Source: Marsupella aquatica (lineage: Eukaryota; Plantae; Marchantiophyta). From it: DNA of 64,000 nucleotides. The stretch spans positions 21,799,455 through 21,863,454 of the forward strand of contig OZ316897.1 in assembly GCA_973895155.1 (NCBI GenBank). The letters run 5' to 3'. Under the pieces are notes generated by a model. That model did not search any database and was not told where the DNA came from. It saw only the letters and a list, made by a program, of their open reading frames with translations. The number at the start of each line of letters is the position of its first letter. The first letter of the stretch is position 1. A program made the translations under genes and the position numbers. Below are positions 25,390 to 38,640 of this stretch, piece after piece.

Positions 25390-27985
25390 ATCTACATAAC
25401 AAGTCCAAGTACATGTTGTTCTCTTAGCCATGCAAGTCCCTCACAAGATGCAGGTATGATAAGAGTCGTGGCTGCCAAATGTCCCTTCTTTGAACTACTC
25501 ATAAACGAAATTAATATTCACTAAGGAAAGCAGGGTTTGAGAGATGGAATCAGAGATGGCAAAATTTCTAGAGCCACATTCCCTTACCAGAATGGGACCA
25601 AACTTTGCCTGCACATACCCCAGTAGTAGACAACGTGCTGGTGAAGTAAGAGCACCAACAAAGCTTTGGTTGAAAAATGAAAAATCAGAGCCTTTGTGGG
25701 GTACTCCTGCCTCCTAAGCAACCTTTGACTTCTCTCCCTTGCCACTATTAAAACCAGCTTCGACTTGCTAGATCTGCAACCAAGTCCAAGTGCATGTTTT
25801 CCTCTTAGCCAGGTCCCTAACAAGATGGTGGTTCATAAGAGTCGTAGCTGTCAAATGTCCCTACTTTGAAGTACACAGAAACCTATCGTTCGTTAAGGGA
25901 AGGAACATTTAAGAGATGGAAGCAGGCAGCGTGGAATTTTGGGAGCCACATTCATTGCATGGAATGGCACCAAACTTGGCTAGCACGTACCTCAAGTAGT
26001 AGACAATGTCCTGGCAAAGTTACAGCATGAATAAAGCTTTCAATGAGAAATGAAAAATCGGATGCTCCGAGGCGGTCCTCCTGCCTCCCAAGCCACCTTT
26101 GAATCCTCTCCCTTGCCACTACTTTGATCAGCTCGTACTTGCTAGACCTGCAAACAAGTCCAACTACATTGTGTTCTCTCAGCCACTTCCCTAACAAGAT
26201 GATAGTATCACAAGAGTCGTAGCTGTTGAACATCACTGCTTTGAAGTACTTAGAAATCAATCGTTCAGTAAGGGAAGCAATGTTGAAGAGATGGAAGCAG
26301 GGAGCGTGGAATTTCTGGAGCCACATTCCCAAGGCCGAAGGCAACCAAACTTGGCCAGCACGTACCTCAAGTAGTAGACAATGTCCTGGCAAAGTTACAG
26401 TATGAACGGAGATTTCAGTGAAGAATGAAAAATCGGATGCTCCAAGGTGGTCACCCTGCCTCCCAAGCCACCTTCGAATCCTCTGCTTTGCCACTATTTC
26501 AATCAGCTCGTACTTGCTAGACCTACAAACAAGTCCAACTACATTGTGTTCTCTCAGCCATGCCCCCTACAAGATGGTGGTGTCACAGGAGTTGTAGTTG
26601 TTGAACGTTGAACGTCACTGCTTTGAAGTACTCAAAAACGAATCATTCAGTAAGGGAAGCAATGTTTAAGAGATGGAAGCAGGGAGCGTGGAATTTCTGG
26701 AGCCACATTCCCAAGGCCGAATGGCACCAAACTCGGCCAGCACGTACCTCAAGTAGTAGACAATGTCCTGACAAAGTTACAGCATGAACGGAGATTTCAG
26801 TGAGAAATGAAAAATCGGATGCTCCGAGGAGGTCTTCCTGCCTCCCAAGCCGCCTTCGAATCGTCTCGCTTGCCACTACTTTGATCAGCTCGTACTTGCT
26901 AGACCTGCAAACAAGTCCAACTACATTGTGTTCTCTCAGCCACGGCCTTAACAAGATGATGGTATCACAAGAGTCGTAGCTGTTGAACATCACTGCTTTG
27001 AAGTACTCAGAAATCAATCGTTCAATAAGGGAAGCAATGTTGAAGAGATGGAAGCAGGGAGCGTGGAATTTCTGGAGCCACATTTCCAAGGCGGAATGGC
27101 ACCAAACTCGGCCAGCACGTACCTCAAGTAGTAGACAATGTCCTGACAAAGTTACAGCATGAACGGAGATTTCAGTGAGAAATGAAAAATCGGATGCTCC
27201 GAGGCGGTCCTCCTGCCTCCCAAGCCGCCTTCGAATCGTCTCCCTTGCCACTACTTTGATCAGCTCGTACTTGCTAGACCTGCAAACAAGTCCAACTATA
27301 TTGTGTTGTCTCAGCCACGTCCCCTACAAGATGATGGTGTCACAGGAGTCGTAGCTGTTGAACATCACTACCTTGAAGTACTCAGAAACCAATCGTTCAC
27401 TAAGGGAAGCAACGTTTAAGAGATGGAAGTAGGGAGTGTGGAATTTCTGGAGCCACATTCCCAACGCGGAATGACACCAAACTCGGCCAGCACGTACCTC
27501 AAGTAGTAGAAAATGTCCTGGCAAGGTACAGCATGAACGAAGATTTCAGTGAGGAATGAAAAATCGGATGCTCCGAGGCGGTCCTCCTGCCTCCCAAGCC
27601 ACCTTCGACTCCTCTCCCTTGCTACTATCTCAATTAGCTCGTACTTGCTAGACCTACAAACAAGTCCAACTACATTCTGTTCTCTCAGCCACGTGCCTAA
27701 CAAGATGGTGATATCACAGGAGTCGTAGCTGTTGAACGTCACTGCTTTTAAGTACTCTGAAACCAATGGTTCCGTAAAGGAAGCAATGATGAAGAGATGG
27801 AACGAGGGAGCGTGGAATTTCTGGAGCCACATTCCCTAGAGGGAATGGGACCAAACTTGGCCAGCACGTACCTCAAGTAGTAGACAATGTCCTGGCAAAG
27901 TTACAGCATGAACGGAGATTTCAGTGAGAAATGAAAAATTGGATGCTCCGAGACGGTCCTCCTGCCTCCTAACCAACTTCGACTT
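25390..27985. repeat. Tandem array, ~375-bp unit, ~7 copies
   Basis: Anchor gaatttctggagccacatt at ~25562, 25934, 26309, 26691, 27066, 27441, 27815 (spacings 372, 375, 382, 375, 375, 374). Confidence 0.95.
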
Positions 27986-28191
27986 CTGTTGCTTGCCAAG
28001 TCTATTTCGACTTCTCTCTTGCAAGGATTCAAAGGAGTGTTTGACCAAGTTTGAGGGTGTGTCATCAGGTTCAATAACTTTATTGTGTGACAAAGTGTTG
28101 GCCGTTGATTTTGTTGGCGGCTCATCTCCCTCCTCAGGTTGGGTTGAAATGAATTGAACTCCTGATACATACGCTTGAAAACCCTAGAAAT

Positions 28192-29288
28192 AAAAACACA
28201 TATAAGAAATCTCAATGGGTATGGCTACCTAGTTTGGGAGCCTACTGAAGTTACTTAATTTGTCCTATTGAGATTTTGTGTCTGTGTTTTTGTTTTGAAT
28301 TATTTTGTAAGATAACCATAAGGAACATAACCATGAAAGGCTTATTTTACAAGGTTCCTTAGTTTTGGTTACCTTATGTTAATTAAAGAACATCACCATC
28401 AAACCCAAAACCAACCACCCTACATTAGTGGATATCAATGTCATAAACCCGGAGGACGTTGCAAGAATTTTGTTAGTTAATTAAGTTCATATGAAACCAA
28501 ATTAAATTGGTCCTGAAGACCTGGACCCACATTTTGGTTATTGGTGAGAGTAAGGACTACCATAATATATTGTATATAGAAAGGGCCAAACAAAGTACAA
28601 TGAAGAGCAAACAAAATTTGTCCAACGAGTACAAAGGCAGAAGAAGCAGGTGCAACTTTGATTTAATTTTATTTAATAATGAGAGTGGTTATGCTTTTGT
28701 TTGATTACACTTTTCTTCTATGTGAAAGTGATGTGTCCTTTGTGACTGGCCCTTAGAGGAAAGTAAATGGGAAGTCCAATATGGAAGTAAGAACCCAGTA
28801 TGTTCTTGGTGGATGATCAACAATCCTGGGTCACGTCAATCCTATGGTGGAAGAGGTCCAATGATGACTACAATAATTTCCCACTGGGATAGAAATTTCC
28901 ACTTGTACCCAATCTTTATCCTCTGGTTTTAATTGAGTTGTAGGGTGAGTAGGGGACTGAAGATGCATATGGTTGGTACAATATGCTTGCAGTGTTATTT
29001 TCAGATTAGAAAAGGGAACAAATATAATTGACTTGTTGAGGAAGCACGGGTGGGCAAAGTTTTTATCAAATTTAAGTCTTTGAAAGTATTTAACTAACAT
29101 TGGGGCACATTTGATTGATTATATTCTGAACTTTCTTGATATCTCAAGGAAATCATTTTTAGAACATAATTTAATATCTAGAATCAAATCTGAATAAAAT
29201 AGTTTAACTAGTTTAATGAAAAGGTTCAATCACATCAAAAAAAATATTGTCCTTCTTAAATTTTTCCAGGGAACCAAAAGAAACTTGT
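28192..29288 (+). repeat. ~1.1-kb direct repeat, copy A
   Basis: aaaaacacatat...ggaaccaaaagaaacttgt shared with 30955-32043; begins with a ~110-nt hairpin. Confidence 0.85.
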
Positions 29289-29569
29289 CGATACTAGGGA
29301 AATAGTTTAGGCTTAGCCAAATTTTTTGCTTAGCCCTAACCTATTAGCCTTCAATCAATAAATAAAGTGGGTTGATTTATTTGTGGTGTTTGTTGGATTG
29401 TTCAGATGACAAGTATAACCACCTTATTCTGGTTTCTACATTGGGTGGTTACATCATTCCTGGCATGAGTAATAACATTTGGCATTGCATGGATAAGACA
29501 CTATATACACCAAGGCATCCATCTGACTTTTACTTCTCTGCTAATGAGGGCCCTCACAACACTACTCCC

Positions 29570-29735
29570 CAATCCCTGCTTCCATGTATCCCTGACCATG
29601 TAGTACTGGAATGTATTTGGGCCAAGATTGCTTTGGTGTGCGTCATGTGAAGAGATCACATTCTATAGAACTACTAGTGTTGCTTGGAGAGACCTAGTTG
29701 ATACAAGTGAGCATTGGGAAATCTTGAGGCCTTTA
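29570..29735 (+). pseudogene. F-box-like gene fragment
   Basis: SLLPCIPDHVVLECIWAKI followed, after a stop and frame shift, by VAWRDLVDTSEHWEILR: LP-D...WR-LV...W F-box pattern. Confidence 0.4.
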
Positions 29736-30954
29736 CTAATGGCCGGCCATTTGAGTCGGACATTTGATGACCTGGGTTATGATGTAGATGATCTATATAT
29801 ATGATTTGCTGAGTGTTGGTGATCTCACTGGACGGGGTATGGAGGATTAGGGTTTAATTTTGGACAAAAAACATCTTACTTTACATTTGTGTTCTCATGT
29901 CATGAGAAACTACTGAGTTTTGCCCTCAGTAAATACTTGCTATGGGTTGTTGGAATGGTTTGTCAGACTATGTGTTGAGTATGTGGAGAACTTCCGCACT
30001 GTTACTTAATACACATATGTTGAGTTTGGTATATGAATATTTTGCACATTTTGTAAGTTGGATGTTGGATGTATTTTTTTGCAATGGAGGGTATCCTATG
30101 CAATGAATGCAAGAATGGTCTTCCCCACCACCACTCCAACTGGGTTCGATGTTTTTAAGAATTCTTGTCCAACAGGTTCCAATTACATGAACATGACCTG
30201 GACACATTACATTAGAAGACCTTTAGGAATACCCATAGAACCATCTATATCAAAATAATGCCTTTGTAGCCTCTTAAACCTCCAACCTGCTTTTGCCTCA
30301 TACTCGATCATGTAAAGCTCCATCAAATTCATCCCAAGTAAACTTTCTGCATCTCTTTATGTCATCCATAGACCCATTCTGTAGTTCCTCGCGTATTTCT
30401 GTTGAATCTCTTTAGTGTCAGCAGAGCTTCATCCATTAGAGACCCAAGGTTCTTAAGCTCTATCCAGGCTTCCACTGATTTTACTTTAACTCCAAAATAT
30501 TTTATTTAGTAGCCTGGCCCAAAACTTCAATAATAACTAATGTATTTGCACATGATGGCTCGGTGGTAGTCCCATTTCAATTTCAAAATGTAGCGCGTAG
30601 ATAAATGGAAATGGATTGGACTAACCCAAATAAATGAGATGAAGTTTAGCTACATGTGACTACTAATCTTCAAGCACTCAACAGTCAATTGTAAGTTTAC
30701 AAAACTGGTCCTCTTTGCCACAAATGGGTCTCTTGAGAATATACAGCGTAGGGTATGTATAATGCATGATAATCAATTTAGTATAACTTGAATATAAGGA
30801 TAAATCAACACATACTAACAAATGAGCGGCAAGATTGAAAAATAAATTATTTGAAGGGGGTTCTTGAAAAGTTAATGAAAATATTAAGAGGGGGAAGGTT
30901 AATACGAAAGTCCAAAAATACAAAGGATACATCTTGTCTAAACTAATTCAAAAC

Positions 30955-32043
30955 AAAAACACATATGAGAAATCTCAATGGGTATGCTTACCTTGTTTTG
31001 GAGCCTACTCAAGTTACTTAATTTGCCTTATTGAGATTTTTTATATGTGTTTTTGGTTTGACTTATTTTATAAGATAACCATATGGAACATAACCATGAA
31101 AGGCTTCTTTTACAAGGTTTCCTATGGTTACCTTATGTTCAGTAAAGAACATAACCATCAAACCCAAACCCAACCACCCGACAATTAGTGGATATCAACG
31201 TCATAAACCCAGAGGACGTTGCAAAATTTTTGTGACAAGTTAACATTAAAATTATATTACATAGAAAGGGCCAAACAAAGTACCACAAAGAGCAAACAAA
31301 ATTTGTCCAGATGGTACAAAGGCAAAATAAGCCTATGCAACATTGAATTATTTTGTAATATATAAATGAGTGTGGTTTTGTTGTTGTTTGATTACACTTT
31401 CCTTTTATGTGAAAGTGATGAGTCCTTAGTGACTGGCCTTTAGAGAAAAACTAACAGGGAAGTTCAATATGGAAGTAAGAACCCAGTTGTTCATGGCGGG
31501 TGATCAACAATGCTGGGTCGCTTGGCGGATGATCAACAATGTTGGGTCGCTACAATCCTATGGTGAAACCCAAATTCCATTCACCACTGATGACTACAAT
31601 AATTTCCATTCACCACTCACGACTGTAATAATTTTGTTTTGCATAGAAATTTCCATGGTACCCAATCTTTATCCTCTGGTTTTAATTTGAGTTGTAGGGT
31701 GAGTAGGGGGCTGAAAATGCATATGGTTGGCACAATATAGTTGCAGTGTTTTTCTCGGATTAGAAAAGGGAACAAATATAATTGACTTGTTGAGGAAGCA
31801 CGGGTGGGCAAAGTTTTTATCAAATTTAAGTTTTTGAAAGTATTTAACTATTATTGGGGCACATTTGATTGATTACATTCTGAACTTTCTTGATATCTCA
31901 AGGAAATCATTTTTAGAACATAATTTAATATCTAGAATCAAATCTGAATAGAATAGTTTAAATATTTTAATAAAAAGGTTCAATCACATCAAAAAAAGTT
32001 CTTGTCCTTCTGAAAATTTTCCAGGGAACCAAAAGAAACTTGT
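30955..32043 (+). repeat. ~1.1-kb direct repeat, copy B
   Basis: Diverged copy of 28192-29288 with small indels. Confidence 0.85.
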
Positions 32044-33619
32044 TGCTAGCAGTTTAGGAAAAAACTGCACACCTAAACTAAGAAAATGTAGTTACCTGCA
32101 TGTATCATCCTTCATCAGTAGACATGAAGCAGTATAGCAAGGTTGAGCTTCCACTTTGACCCTTATCATGTTGTGGCAGTTTTGTTTTCATTTTGCTATA
32201 GGTCTTACAAGATGTGGCAAATTAAGGGCTCTCTAATTCATTTGAGAGGTCTTCATTGGCAACATGAAGGTAGAGGTCATGGCATCACATTAAACACACA
32301 TCCACATGACTGTATTGTTTTCATTTGACTCTCAATCCCTATTTTCAGCAACTAAAGAGTGCATGGCTGGAAATTGCAATCTACAAGCACTATTGTAAGC
32401 TAACTAGGCAAGGAGGCACTATTTGTGGGCAGACAACCTCAAGAGCTAGGGATTAGAAAAGTTCTTTAAGTTGTGTGGACTGTTAATGTCCCATGGCCAA
32501 AAAAGATCAGCAATTGCTTATCACCCTTCTTAGTGTTACTGGAATTGATAGCAACTTGCTAGATGGGCTTTGAGAGTCATCTTTTTTTCCATGGAACATG
32601 CTGCATGGCTTGTTGATTGCTGATTTTATTTATAGATGTGAGTTCCATCTTTAAGCCACTCAAAACTTGTTAAACCGTTAATTTCATCATACTTTCTTCT
32701 TCCACGGGAATGACCACCAAGTTTTAGCACATATTTGTTGATATTTATTTTTGATAACATATAATAACAATAAATACCAAGGTAGCACACACATGGACTA
32801 AGTACTTTAATTTTTTAACATATAGGCCATTGAGGTGTGTTTCAAGACATCTCCTGGCTGGCTTTAGGTAGACGGCCCAGGAAGATGAGAAGTAGTGAAT
32901 TCGTGAATTGAAATATGTTGCATCCATATATCATGTGTGACCATGTTGAAAGACCAAGAAATTAAATTAACTGAACAAAAGGAAAAGATAACTCTGACTT
33001 GAGCTAGTCATAGATGAAGGAAAACTTTGGGAATTGGGTTCAATATGTAGGCCTATTTTGGAACTCTTGTTGTCAGTAGATCTAAGACACTTCACACTTT
33101 AGTTCAAACCTTTAGCATAAATTATGCATTAATATGTTGTATGAAATGAGGAGTGTAGAGGCATGTCTCTTAGCTCTCTATAGGCCAAATGACAACCCTA
33201 GGCCTCTAAGGATGTCAGAAGCATGCAAGACTCCTTTGCAAACTTTTTTGTGTTAGTATTAATTTTGAATCGCACATTGCATATGAAAGAGGCTGGCCAT
33301 TAATAGCCCCTTTTGTTTTTTGGTCTCGATCCCAATGGGTTCTAAGTATTTACATTCTATCAATTGGCATTTTCAGAAACTTACAATTTTTCAACAACAG
33401 ATTAATTTTGGTCTAAGCAAGCCTTGATATATCATCCCATGATATATCATAAATTTACAAGACATCAGATTGTTAATTTAATTTTATCTTAATTTTTAAT
33501 TATAAAATTTTTAATTATTTATTTACATTTATTGTGTAACTAAGTTTTCATTGCAGTTATTAAATATAGTCTGGGAGGCATTAAATCTAAAAAATTATTG
33601 AGCATAGAGTGGCGTTTTT

Positions 33620-35077
33620 GAACTTAAAGCCCGGATGGACTGGCAGGTTGTCCATGCAGCCCCCATGGATAAAAGAAACTTGGATGGACTGGGCTAAAAC
33701 ATATAAATATGCATGGATACTATTCTTTAATTTTCTGTCCATACAAAACAGTGTCAATGATCAAAGCATCACTTCTGTCCAAAGATTTTCCCCGTCACTA
33801 ACTCTGTCCTCACTGATGTCTTAAAGATATTTTGTCAGAGGTCAGAGCACTTTAATTGAATGCTTCGCTCCATTCCCTAAATAGAGTTCAATAAAAATAT
33901 AAAGTATATTTAGGTCCTATATAAATACTTGATTTGGCCTCTATGCTTTATCAAACTTCGAGTATGAGTGCTTCACTTTTTACTCATAGTGCCTCAAGTA
34001 ATTTGCTCAATGGTAAAATACCAAATGAACTTAATTTACTCCAAAAAATAATTTAATGTTTATAAGCCCGGTTAAAAGGGAATCAAGTAACATAGTGACT
34101 CATTAACCAAAGGAACAATTCTGGTTAATTGTAAGGTGCAAGCAAATAGTAAAAATTTTCCTCGCACGAGCCAAAAAATTCCTGCATGACCCCTATTTTT
34201 CTACATGCAATTGCCTCACTATCAACTACCTGGCTGGTAACATCTCTTTTGGGGACTCCCTTTTTGCTAGCGAGCTCGCTAGCCATCTGCAGCCTTTAAA
34301 AAACACCAAAAATGTAAAAGGCACCAAAAAGCAACTGAAAATTGGAACCATTATTGTCTTGCTATCAAAATCTCCTCACTATCAAAATCTCTTGTTTGCT
34401 CGCAACATAGAATACCTCAACAATTCTCACCAAGGAGGCTATGGGGCAAATCTAAGGCAAAAATAATCTCAATTTTTACAATGGATTCATATTTTTCTAC
34501 ACATTTGTTAAAGATTCTAGGGCATTGACACTTTGCGGAATGACTATACTACTTTCAGAAATGCTTTTACATAATCTTGTAGTTTATATAACATTGCTCT
34601 TGTTACCCGGATTGAAGGAAGTTTTTCATTGTGGAGGTAAAGGAAATTTTAATTTGCATAAGCAGTTGTTGAATATTATTTTTGACAGACCATTGTTCTT
34701 GTTGTAAATAATATTTTGACTAATTTATTGCTATAGTGCTATTTGAGATTTTTTGGGGGAGTATTGTTAATGAATCCTATTTTTTAGAGAGCGCTGCTCT
34801 TGTTACAAGGAGCGCTTCAAGTACTTTGCCGCGGCGGAGATGCGGAAGATTTTAAATGTGTGTTTTCATTCCATTTCATTGACATCCTCAAATTGACTTT
34901 GAGGTGAGCACGCAATGTTCTTAGAGGGACAGAAATGTAGGTAAACAATTAATGAGAGAGTTTACCATCCATTTACAGTTGGGCTATCTCATAATTAGGT
35001 GTAAAATGGTCTGTCCCTTGTCACAGTCCATGGGGATAGATGGGGAGAACGTAGCAGTCCATCCGGGCTTTTGTTTC
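33620..35077. mobile_element. Non-autonomous Mutator-like element (MULE), 1.46 kb
   Basis: G...C termini; diverged ~50-bp TIRs with core AAAGCCCGGATGGACTG; 9-bp TSD GGCGTTTTT (33611-33619) / GGCATTTTT (35078-35086), one mismatch at a CpG. Confidence 0.75.
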
Positions 35078-35414
35078 GGCATTTTTCCTTTGCTATACAA
35101 TTCATTCATTTTCATTCAATCTATAATACTCTAGGGTAAAAGTATCGCATAATCATATCGTCAAGTACTATGCTGACACCAAATTAAATTGTGCAGTTCC
35201 ACAAGATTCTTGAAATTCTTTCAACCGTACTACTGTAGGTATTGCCACGGATAATGTGCATGAAGAAATCGGCAAATTAATGACAAATAATGTGCATTAA
35301 TAGGCGGCCAGAACATCTAGTACACAACACCTCAGTCACTTGGAATTCAGCCTCCAGTTGTGGCATCATCCATGGCTCAGATCCTGCCAGATGGAGTTCA
35401 AATCATTTTTACAC

Positions 35415-37680
35415 GCACCCCACTCAAAGTTGTCGTTAAGTTGCTGCTATTTAGATTCAGGGAGATGCATCCCTGTTTTGTCATTAAATGCACCTTGGTT
35501 ATCCTCCACACCCAAAGGGAAGTTTCTCTTCATTTTTGTGTCACACTTCAGTTTCAGGCCAGCCTTTTTGGGTCCCCTCCTTGCCCCTCCCCATCGATCC
35601 CATGTCTGGGCAGCCCTTAAACCCCGCCCTTCCTGTTGCCAGCAAAACACTTGATGGGGCCCTCTAGGTAAACATATTCTTGACGAGCCCCTAACTTTTT
35701 ACTTTCCATTTCTCAGGACCTGTGTCATTATTTTTTCCATTTTTTAATTGTTACATAACTATCATGTAGTGTGTAGAAGCAATTTCAATGTAAACTACTC
35801 TTGTTTGAAAATAAATATATCCTCTTATAAAGTATGTATGAATTATTTTGCCCTTGTCACTCGAACCATATACATTATTTTTATGTTCTCCAGGTATGAG
35901 GGTATGTGTATCTTTGATAGTACCCTGTAGACTAGAGTCTTGGTTGACTCTGATGGGTTTGCAGAAGCCAATGCAAATAGGCAGGATTTGGGAGTGAAGC
36001 GGCATGCTGAACTTGTCAATGTCTTCATAGTTTTTACAGATTGGACTAGTGGTCACAGGGCGTGATACGTACGCAAAGTGAATGTTTTTTAGTGTCCCTT
36101 TGAGTAAACGTAGAGAGGTGAATTGAGATATGATTTTGATTGCTAAAATAACACCAAGCTAGGGAATGCTCACGTCTAACATGAATATTTCCAAAAAGAA
36201 AATTGGCAAATAGTATCAAAGAATTCTTTAAGTAATGCGTGATTTATTTGAAAGAAAACAACTTTTAAAAAACACCACCTGGATAGCACCCAAAACCATT
36301 GGTCCTTCTTATGAAACTTCAGGTAAGACTATGCTTTGGAGAAATACTTTCAGGTATGAGTAATTCCAAAACATTGAGAGGGAACAACTAAAGAGAGTAA
36401 ACATTATTTACTTAACTTAAGTACTACTTCCCTTGCATAAGTATTTCAAAACATGAAAAAAAATGAATATGAGAGTGACAAGGCTAAATACTTAGCACAT
36501 ACTTTACATGTTTATTTTCAAGTACACTGAAAATTGCTTCTAGTCCATCTGGTCAACTGAAGTAGATAACTGTATGGTTATGCATGTTATAATTAAAAAA
36601 TGGAAAAAATAATGACACAGGTCTTGAGAAAGGGTTGCCGGGACAAGGGGCCCCATTAAGTATATTTGAAAAGTGAGGGGCTCATGGGGAATTTCTGGGC
36701 CATCAAGTATTTTGCTGTCATGCTGCTGACTTTTTGTTGAGTAGAGGTGGTGAACTAACTTGCCTCCAATCACGCCAAGGAGTGTTCATGCAAGCATCTA
36801 TTTTCTACTCAATGTGATCGTTTCCTCTTTCCCTTATCCCCTTTCTATTTCTTTCCCCAATTTGTTTTTGCAACAAGGCGCTTTTTGTGATCCTTTAGTT
36901 TCTGCCGTCAAATTACTTTTTTGTCTTTTCCCAACTCCATTTCTCAACCAAACCAGACTTTTTTGACATCCTTTGATGCCAGAAATTTTTGTCTGTAGGA
37001 TCTGTAGTTATTTTTGTCATTTTTGCAGTTTTTCTGGACTCAGGCTTATTTTGGCTCTTTCATCTTGCAGAGGTTAGGCTAATGTTTCACCCCTTTATTG
37101 AGTCTCTTGCCTTTGGTATCCTGTTTCCTTGTTTGACATTTTTTATTCTTTGGAAATGTGACATTTACATTCTCTTTTCAACCAGATAATTCTTTTCTGG
37201 GTTGAAATCTGAGACAATTGTAGTTTATTGCAACCCACAAAAGAGACCTCAATGCAACCAGACTCTTTTGGCATCCTTGAAGTCCTGCCTGAAATTTATG
37301 TTTTGGATGAGCGGGTTTTAGTTCTTCTTGCCATTGGTGGCTACTTTGCCTTATTTGGCTCTTTGGTCTTGGGTTTTATTCCCATGTTTCAAACTTTCAA
37401 AATACATAGGAAATCTGACAAACTACCAGAGAGCGGGCCAGAGAACCCATTAAAAAAAACTAGAAATAAAGGGGCTACCAAAAGCATAGGGCTTTAAGGG
37501 CTGCCCAGACATGGGATGGGCAGGGGCAAGGAGGGGACCCAAAAGGCTGGTCTGAAACTGAAGTGTGACACAGAAATGAAGAGAAGCTTCCGGTGGGGTG
37601 TGGGGGATAACCGAGGTGCATTTAATAACAAAACAGGGATGCATCCCCCTAACTTGAAAATAATTGACAAGAGTGGGGCG
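35415..37680. repeat. Long interrupted inverted repeat
   Basis: ~35455-35625 is the reverse complement of ~37488-37650, and ~35710-35765 of ~36575-36631; the right arm is split by ~0.8 kb of other sequence. Confidence 0.75.
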
Positions 37681-38343
37681 CACAAAGTGAGCAATGGACA
37701 ATGGCAGCAACAACAAGGTACAAGTTACACGCTCATAATGAACCTCAAGGTTGCCGTGCCCATGTACATAACTCCATTTTATAAATCACAACTAGATTCA
37801 TTAAAACCAACTTTCTCTTTAGATGTATTAATTGTTATGGTGGCGGCTGTACAGTGAACATTATGAGATTATTTCAAAATGGATACTTTTTTTACCATTA
37901 AAAGGTTGTATAGCTACGTACTTGAATGTAATGGCCACATGGTCTACAAAGATAATAATTCATGAATTTTTTAGCAAATTTCCAAATCGCCCGGGCAGAA
38001 ACATTGTTTACCTAATGTCTAAAGAATGGACACTCACAAAACTAGAGACTTAAAAATGGTCACTAAGAATCCTTTCACAAACTCCACACTTTGCAAATTA
38101 AGGAGGGACTTCCACACCAAATCGAGCAGCACCTTTGTGTACTACATGCTCCCTCACCAAATTTAGGGTGCCCATTATGCACAAGGGGGCTATCATGATT
38201 GCTTGCACGGGGAAGATTAAGGAAAGACTTTGCAAAAGAGGGGCTTCCTTTGTCAAATTGAGGGCTGCCCTTAGCTAGACTTTCACAACTTACACACAAT
38301 AGGTAAAGCCTATATAGATCGAGAGAGCACAGCCCACAGTACT

Positions 38344-38640
38344 CTCGGGGGTTTCACTTCCACAAAAATGGCATATCACGTGCGACGAAGTATAGGGTCA
38401 TTTTATTGGTTCGAAGGGAAGACTTAAGAATTTTCTGAGAAGAACAATAGGGTCTTTTAAATCCAATTTTGGGACTTATAAGAACGTTAGGGTCTTTATA
38501 ACCAAAATTTGAGAATATTCTGAGAATATTCCAACTTTATAGGGGTCAAAAAATTAAAAATTTTTCTTACATTTTAGGGGGTCCGAGGCCTAAAAACGTC
38601 GCAGGTGATGGGGAGACATCCATACAATGAGACCCCCGAG
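38344..38640. mobile_element. MITE (297 bp), copy 2
   Basis: Same TIRs CTCGGGGG...CCCCCGAG; own 8-bp TSD ACAGTACT; inverted relative to copy 1. Confidence 0.9.

Noticed and set aside
25584-28093. ORFs of 80-200 aa in the tandem array as a repeat protein
   Set aside because: They arise from a 375-bp unit divisible by 3, are broken by indels between units and show no recognisable domain
19332-38640. ~300-bp inverted repeats as TIRs of a 19-kb transposon containing the transposase
   Set aside because: Each repeat has its own internal TIRs and its own 8-bp TSD (GGTTACAA vs ACAGTACT), so they are separate MITE insertions
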